DNA of 64,000 nucleotides from Escherichia coli (GTDB lineage Bacteria; Pseudomonadota; Gammaproteobacteria; Enterobacterales; Enterobacteriaceae): NCBI RefSeq assembly GCF_001677475.2, contig NZ_CP015229.1; one strand, 5' to 3'. Shown piece by piece: positions 54,020 to 64,000 of this stretch (position 1 is its first letter; each line of letters starts with the position of its first letter). The notes under the pieces were generated by a model. It saw only the letters and a program-made list of their open reading frames with translations, ran no database searches and was not told where the DNA came from. The position numbers and the translations under genes were made by a program.

Positions 54020-54180
54020 AGTTTTTGATTCCGATTTATATCGTTGTCGGTCAACCTGTATGCCCGTTTTTTCGGGCGCCCCGAGCCTTGTAGAGAGTGG
54101 GGTTATTTTTATAGTTACTGCTTGTGGGCGGGAGATTATGTTATCTCCTCATCCCATATGACCGGATTTCCCAGCCAGAA

Positions 54181-55551
54181 TTACTTTTTCTTTACCGGAC
54201 GACGCCAGCCTTCTTTTTGAGTCTGCGGCACACGGCTGATCGCCAGGGCGTTTTCGCCGACATTACGCGTCACAGTTGTACCCGCAGCAATGGTCGCGCC
54301 TTTGCCTACTGTTACCGGGGCCACCAGCTGAGTATCGGAACCGACAAACACATCGTCGCCGATAATGGTCTTGAATTTATTCGCACCATCGTAGTTACAG
54401 GTAATGGTTCCTGCACCGATATTAACGTTATCTCCAATTTCCGCATCGCCCAGGTAAGTCAGATGACCAGCTTTCGAGCCTTTACCCAGACGCGCTTTTT
54501 TCATCTCAACAAAGTTACCGACGTGTGCACCTTCCAGCAACTCAGCACCAGGACGCAGGCGGGCAAACGGGCCAATAGTACAGGCCGCTGCCAGATTCGC
54601 ATCTTCCACAACGGTATACGGGCTAATTTCGCAATCATCTCCAATCACGCTGTTTTTAATCACGCAACCGGTGCCGATTTTCACGCGATGACCGAGAGTC
54701 ACGTTGCCCTCGATGATAACGTTAGTATCAATTTCAACATCGCGCCCGTGAGCAAGCGTACCGCGCAGATCAAAACGCGCCGGATCGCGCAGCATAACGC
54801 CAGCTAACAGCAGTTTTTCAGCCTGTTCGGCCTGGTAAACGCGCTCCAGACGGGAGAGTTGCAGGCGGTTATTCACGCCTTCTACTTCGCTTAAACGTTG
54901 CGGATGAACGGCGACGATTTCACGCCCTTCCTGATACGCCAGCGCAATAATGTCGGTGATGTAGTATTCGCCCTGCGCGTTATTGTTGGTCAGCTTCGCC
55001 AGCCAGCGTTTCATATCTGCGCCGTTGGCAATCAGAATGCCGGTGTTGATCTCCTGAATCTGACGCTGCTCGTCGGTGGCGTCTTTGTGCTCAACAATGC
55101 CGGTAACTTTGCCGTTTTCACGGGTGATACGTCCATAACCGGTCGGATCATCCAGTTTTACCGTCAGCAGACCAATGCCACCCTGCGGTTTAGCATCACG
55201 CAGGCGCTGGAGTGTTTCGACAGAGATCAGCGGCACGTCGCCGTAGAGCATTAAAATGTCTTCATCATCGGCAAAGAAAGGTGCGGCCTGCTGCATCGCA
55301 TGACCAGTACCCAGCTGTTCTGCCTGAAGCACCCAGTTCAGGTTGTCGTCTTTCAGCGCCTGCTTAAGCAGATCGCCACCATGACCGTACACCAGGTGAA
55401 CGTGCGCTGCGCCTAATTCATTCGCAGCATCAATGACATGCTGAACCATCGCTTTCCCGGCAAGGGTATGCAGCACTTTCGGAAGATCGGAATACATGCG
55501 CGTGCCTTTACCTGCGGCAAGGATCACTACGCTCATAGCATTATTCAACAT
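54181..55551 (-). CDS. glmU: Bifunctional N-acetylglucosamine-1-phosphate uridyltransferase / glucosamine-1-phosphate acetyltransferase
   Basis: 456 aa; starts [29 protein letters not shown]-terminal hexapeptide repeats. Confidence 0.97.
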   Translation of the reverse strand: MLNNAMSVVILAAGKGTRMYSDLPKVLHTLAGKAMVQHVIDAANELGAAHVHLVYGHGGDLLKQALKDDNLNWVLQAEQLGTGHAMQQAAPFFADDEDILMLYGDVPLISVETLQRLRDAKPQGGIGLLTVKLDDPTGYGRITRENGKVTGIVEHKDATDEQRQIQEINTGILIANGADMKRWLAKLTNNNAQGEYYITDIIALAYQEGREIVAVHPQRLSEVEGVNNRLQLSRLERVYQAEQAEKLLLAGVMLRDPARFDLRGTLAHGRDVEIDTNVIIEGNVTLGHRVKIGTGCVIKNSVIGDDCEISPYTVVEDANLAAACTIGPFARLRPGAELLEGAHVGNFVEMKKARLGKGSKAGHLTYLGDAEIGDNVNIGAGTITCNYDGANKFKTIIGDDVFVGSDTQLVAPVTVGKGATIAAGTTVTRNVGENALAISRVPQTQKEGWRRPVKKK

Positions 55552-55849
55552 ACGCGTCCTGACTGTAATTTGAGAACGAATTTAAACCGCTTCACCTTGA
55601 AAAAACTACATTTTTTTCATCGTGAAATGGACAGAGGATAAATTGTTCAATAACGGATTATCCCCGCTGACGAAAGCGCCATTTTCGACCATCGTCACGC
55701 CTTTTGTCTGCAGAAAATTAAGGCAGTACCTTCATTTAAGCGTCAGGTGGATGTTTTTGCTCTTATTTCGATCAATGAATAAACGGGAAAACAGGGGGGG
55801 TTTATATCAGCAGGATCTATGTGAACGCTATTCAGGACGGGTCACACGC

Positions 55850-55890
55850 GCAAAAAAAAGCCAGCCTGTTTCCAGACTGGCTTTTGTGCT
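55850..55890 (-). terminator. Rho-independent terminator downstream of atpC
   Basis: AAAAAAGCCAGCCTGTTTCCAGACTGGCTTTTGTGCTTTTC: hairpin flanked by A- and T-runs. Confidence 0.7.
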
Positions 55891-55903
55891 TTTCAAGCCG
55901 GTG

Positions 55904-56323
55904 TTACATCGCTTTTTTGGTCAACTCGATAACGCGCAGCTGCGCGATCGCTTTGGCCAGTTCCGCAGACGCCTGAGCGTAATCTACGTCGCCGTGAGAG
56001 CTGCTAATGTGCTCTTCAGCCTTACGTTTCGCTTCCATGGCTCGCGCTTCGTCGAGATCCTGGCCGCGAATTGCGGTGTCGGCCAGAACGGTCACGTTGC
56101 CAGGCTGCACTTCAAGAATGCCGCCAGACAGATAGATAAACTCTTCGTGACCGTGCTGTTTCACGATGCGAATCATACCAGGCTTAATGGCGGTGAGCAG
56201 CGGTGCGTGGCCAGGGTAGATCCCCAGTTCACCTTCGCTACCCGTTACCTGGATTTTCTCGACCAGACCAGAGAACATTTGTTGCTCTGCGCTGACGACG
56301 TCCAGGTGGTAAGTCATTGCCAT
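55904..56323 (-). CDS. atpC: ATP synthase F1 epsilon subunit
   Basis: 139 aa; starts [35 protein letters not shown]. Confidence 0.97.
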
Positions 56324-56343
56324 ATCACCCTCCGATTAAGGCG

Positions 56344-58616
<2,273 letters not shown>

Positions 58617-58666
58617 GAGCTTCTCCTCAATGCCTTGCGGCCTGCCCTAAGGCAAGCCGCCAGACG

Positions 58667-60208
58667 TTACCAGGATTGGGTTGCTTTGAAGGAATCGAGG
58701 ATGCCTTTCAGCTTGCCTTCGATTTCGTCGTTGTAGCCACCGGTCTGGTTGATCTCTTGCATCAACGGAGCGTGATCACGGTCGACGTAAGCCAGCAGAG
58801 CGGCTTCGAAGCTGCCGATTTTCGACAGTTCAACATCCGCCAGGTAACCACGTTCTGCTGCGAACAGAACCAGAGACTGTTGCGCTACGGACATCGGCGC
58901 ATACTGTTTCTGTTTCAGCAGTTCGGTCACTTTCTGACCGTGGTCAAGCTGCTTACGTGTTGCATCGTCAAGGTCGGATGCAAACTGAGAGAACGCTGCC
59001 AGTTCACGATACTGTGCCAGAGCGGTACGGATACCACCGGACAGTTTTTTCATGATCTTGGTCTGTGCTGCACCACCAACACGGGATACGGAAATACCCG
59101 GGTTAACCGCAGGACGAATACCGGCGTTGAACAGGTTGGTTTCCAGGAAGATCTGACCATCGGTAATGGAGATTACGTTGGTTGGAACGAACGCAGAAAC
59201 GTCACCCGCCTGAGTTTCGATAATCGGCAGCGCAGTCAGAGAACCGGTTTTCCCTTTCACTTCACCTTTGGTGAAGGCTTCAACGTATTCGGCGTTAACA
59301 CGCGCAGCACGCTCCAGCAGACGAGAGTGGAGGTAGAATACGTCGCCCGGGAATGCTTCACGTCCTGGCGGACGACGGAGCAGCAGGGAGATCTGACGGT
59401 AAGCAACAGCCTGTTTAGACAGGTCATCGTAAATGATCAGCGCATCTTCACCGCGGTCACGGAAGTATTCGCCCATTGCACAACCAGCGTACGGTGCCAG
59501 GTATTGCAGTGCAGCGGATTCAGACGCGGTTGCTACCACAACGATGGTGTTAGCCAGTGCGCCGTGCTCTTCCAGTTTACGTACCACGTTAGAAATGGTG
59601 GACGCTTTCTGGCCGATAGCGACATAGATACATTTGATACCGGAATCGCGCTGGTTGATGATGGCATCGATAGCCAGTGCGGTTTTACCGGTCTGACGGT
59701 CACCGATGATCAATTCACGCTGACCACGACCGATTGGGATCATGGAGTCAACGGCTTTATAACCGGTCTGTACCGGCTGATCTACGGACTGACGTTCGAT
59801 AACGCCCGGAGCGATTGCTTCTACAGCAGAGAAGCCGTCGTGATCCAGCGGACCTTTACCGTCGATTGGTGCACCCAGAGTGTTAACCACACGGCCCAGC
59901 AGGCCACGGCCAACCGGAACTTCCAGGATACGGCCAGTACACTTAACTTTCATGCCTTCGGCAAGGTCAGCGTACGGACCCATAACAACCGCACCTACAG
60001 AGTCGCGCTCGAGGTTCAGTGCGATAGCGTAACGGTTACCCGGCAGGGAGATCATTTCACCCTGCATACAATCGGCCAGGCCGTGAATGCGGATAACACC
60101 GTCACTTACAGAAACAATAGTACCTTCGTTGTGAGCTTCACTCACAACATTGAACTGAGCAATGCGCTGCTTGATCAGTTCGCTGATTTCGGTGGAATTC
60201 AGTTGCAT
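58667..60208 (-). CDS. atpA: ATP synthase F1 alpha subunit
   Basis: 513 aa; Walker A GDRQTGKT. Confidence 0.98.
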
Positions 60209-60220
60209 GCTCCAGTCCCC

Positions 60221-60754
60221 TTAAGACTGCAAGACGTCTGCAAGGCGCTCAAGACGACCGCGTACGCTGCCATCAATGACCATATCACCCGCTCGGATGA
60301 TAACGCCTGCCATTACAGACTTATCGATTTTGCAATTCAGCTTAACTTTGCGTGACAGACGTTTTTCCATCGCAGCAGAAATTTTCGCGAGCTGTTGTTC
60401 ACTCAGTGCGGCAGCGGAAATGACGTCTACCTCAGCGGTAGCCTCACTCACGGCACGAAGGTGAATAAACTGCTCCAGAACATCCGGGAGCGCGTTAAGA
60501 CGACCATTTTCAGCCATTACCCGAATCAGGTTCTGACCGTTTTCGTCCAGTTGCTCACCACAAACTGCGATAAACGACTCGGCGAGCGTTTCTGGCGCAA
60601 GCGCGCCAGAGAGAAGCTCTGCCATTTGTTCGTTTTTGGTTACCTCGGCGGCAAACGCCAGCATGTCCTGCCAGCGTTCTACACTTTGGTGTTCGACGGC
60701 AAAGTCAAAAGCTGCTTTGGCGTAGGGGCGAGCTACCGTAATAAATTCAGACAT
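60221..60754 (-). CDS. atpH: ATP synthase F1 delta subunit
   Basis: 177 aa; starts [21 protein letters not shown]. Confidence 0.97.
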
Positions 60755-60768
60755 CAGCCCCTCCCTCC

Positions 60769-61239
60769 TTACAGTTCAGCGACAAGTTTATCCACGATGT
60801 CGCTGTTAGCAGCTTCATCCACGGAACGTTCGATGATCTTCTCGGCGCCAGCAACAGCCAGGATAGCAACTTGCTTACGCAGCTCTTCACGGGCACGTTT
60901 ACGCTCGGCTTCAATTTCTGCCTGCGCCTGGGCCACGATTTTAGTACGTTCCTGTTCTGCCTCAGCTTTCGCTTCGTCCAGAATCTGCGAGCGGCGTTTG
61001 TTCGCCTGCTCGATGATTACCTGGGCTTCCGCTTTCGCTTTTTTCAGCTGGTCGGTCGCGCTGGCCTTTGCAAGGTCAAGGTCCTTATGTGCTCGTTCTG
61101 CGGAAGCAAGGCCGTCAGCAATTTCTTTTTGACGTTTTTCGATGGCTGCCATTAATGGCGGCCATACGTACTTCATGCAGAACAGAACGAACAGGACAAA
61201 CGCGATGGCCTGGCCGAGGATTGTTGCGTTAAGATTCAC
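60769..61239 (-). CDS. atpF: ATP synthase Fo subunit b
   Basis: 156 aa; N-terminal TM helix then a long charged coiled coil. Confidence 0.97.
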
Positions 61240-61283
61240 AGCACAATGCCTCTATTTAGTTAACGTTCTGATATTGCTCTTTA

Positions 61284-61558
<275 letters not shown>

Positions 61559-61586
61559 TCAGTTAAAACGTAGTAGTGTTGGTAAA

Positions 61587-62791
<1,205 letters not shown>

Positions 62792-63407
62792 CACGTTTTT
62801 CACTCCTGCTCCCTTCGAGGTATGCCGCGTGTCGTATAAAACTTTCTTTAAGGCTTAGAGTCAAGCATCAAAAAGCGGTCAAATTATACGGTGCGCCCCC
62901 GTGATTTCAAACAATAAGTAGCCAAAAGGTGAATAAATGTTTAAATATTTTTCCAGTGCATACAATTGCGACTTTTCTGCTAACCATGTTCGATCATGAA
63001 AAACTGTAAATAACGCGTAAACACTGGTGATAAAGCGTGCTTCAGATCACATATTGCGCATGTTCGCGCACAGCATATTTATTTACTTGGCAAATGATGC
63101 CTTTGCAAGTTTATGATATTTCAGTCTAAAAACAGATACTGTTTTAATAAATGACATTTACACAACAAAAACCACCCATTGACATTTTTAATAATGTTTT
63201 AACAGCCAATGATGATTCTTAGCGCCGATTTTTAGCAGACTGATATTTTCACTTATGACTTATTTTCTGCTTACCAAAAAAAGCCACGTTACTTTGTTGA
63301 TGCAAAAGAGTGAACGTGGCGTTAAATGTAACCAGTTATATCAGTAGAAAACCTGGTTGTTGTTAACAGTCTAACCGGTCAATTTTTTATGATTTTTTTG
63401 ATAAAAA

Positions 63408-64000
63408 TTAAATTTTATTTGCTTTAATCACCACCAGATGACGTTCGCCATCCAGGGCCGGAACGTGAAGTTTAACCACTGATTCGACCTGATATTCTTC
63501 GGGCAACAAAGCGATTTCATCTTCCGGCATTTGGCCTTTCAGCGCGTAGAAACGACCTTGCTCACCAGGAAGATGGTGGCACCAGCTCACCATATCGTTC
63601 AGAGAGGCAAAAGCGCGGCTAATTACGCCATCAAATGGCGGCTCAGAAGGAAACTCTTCTACCCTGCTCTGTACTGGCTCAATATTCTCCAGTTTTAGCT
63701 CATGTTGCACCTGACGAAGGAAACGCACGCGTTTACCAAGGCTATCCAACAACGTGAAGTGGGCTTCAGGACGTACGATAGAGAGTGGAATGCCAGGCAG
63801 TCCTGGTCCGGTGCCGACATCGATAAACCGTTCACCTTGCAGATACGGTGCCACCACAATGCTATCGAGAATATGGCGTACCAGCATCTCATTAGGATCG
63901 CGGACCGAAGTCAGGTTGTACGCTTTATTCCATTTATGCAGCATATTCACGTAGGCAATTAGCTGGTTTTTCTGGTGATCGGTAAGCGAAATTCCTGCGT
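63408..64000 (-). CDS. rsmG: 16S rRNA m7G527 methyltransferase RsmG (GidB), 5'-truncated by the window end
   Basis: C-terminal 180 aa incl. SAM-binding [18 protein letters not shown] is open to the window edge. Confidence 0.9.
   Translation of the reverse strand, partial: AGISLTDHQKNQLIAYVNMLHKWNKAYNLTSVRDPNEMLVRHILDSIVVAPYLQGERFIDVGTGPGLPGIPLSIVRPEAHFTLLDSLGKRVRFLRQVQHELKLENIEPVQSRVEEFPSEPPFDGVISRAFASLNDMVSWCHHLPGEQGRFYALKGQMPEDEIALLPEEYQVESVVKLHVPALDGERHLVVIKANKI

Noticed and set aside
58676-60355. 559-aa plus-strand ORF antisense to atpA
   Set aside because: Antisense artefact of the atpA coding region; the translation is Cys/Thr/Arg-rich with no domain character.

Overview
This window is an Escherichia coli-type chromosomal segment on the oriC-proximal side, running ivbL/istR/tisB - emrD - yidFGH - glv-like PTS locus - yidP - yidE - ibpBA - yidQR - cbrA - yidXAB - gyrB - recF - dnaN - dnaA - rpmH - rnpA - yidD - yidC - mnmE - tnaCAB - mdtL - yidZ - yieEF - adeP - yieH - phoU - pstBACS - glmSU - atpCDGAHFEBI - rsmG (partial). 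Gene identities are recognised from the translated ORFs and from remembered K-12 gene order; no database search was run. Against that conserved backbone the sequence shows several accessory or degenerative features: (1) an AT-rich insertion between the mnmE terminator and the tna promoter encoding a 728-aa ankyrin-repeat protein that looks like a ShET2/OspD3/EspL-family type III effector; (2) a roughly 7.3-kb AT-rich island between yieH and phoU, where K-12 carries cbrBC-yieKL-bglHBFG, with two large paralogous pentapeptide-repeat proteins (one split by a frameshift in a T5 tract), a third smaller pentapeptide-repeat gene pair, and a diverged yieH-like fragment; (3) an IS200/IS605-family element with divergent tnpA/tnpB sitting where K-12 has yidIJKL; (4) an in-frame amber codon splitting the GntR regulator yidP; (5) apparent loss of the dgo operon between cbrA and yidX, leaving only a 3' dgoT remnant. 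I did not find a convincingly novel system: the islands most resemble known non-LEE effector loci of pathogenic E. coli, but that assignment is from memory and should be tested.
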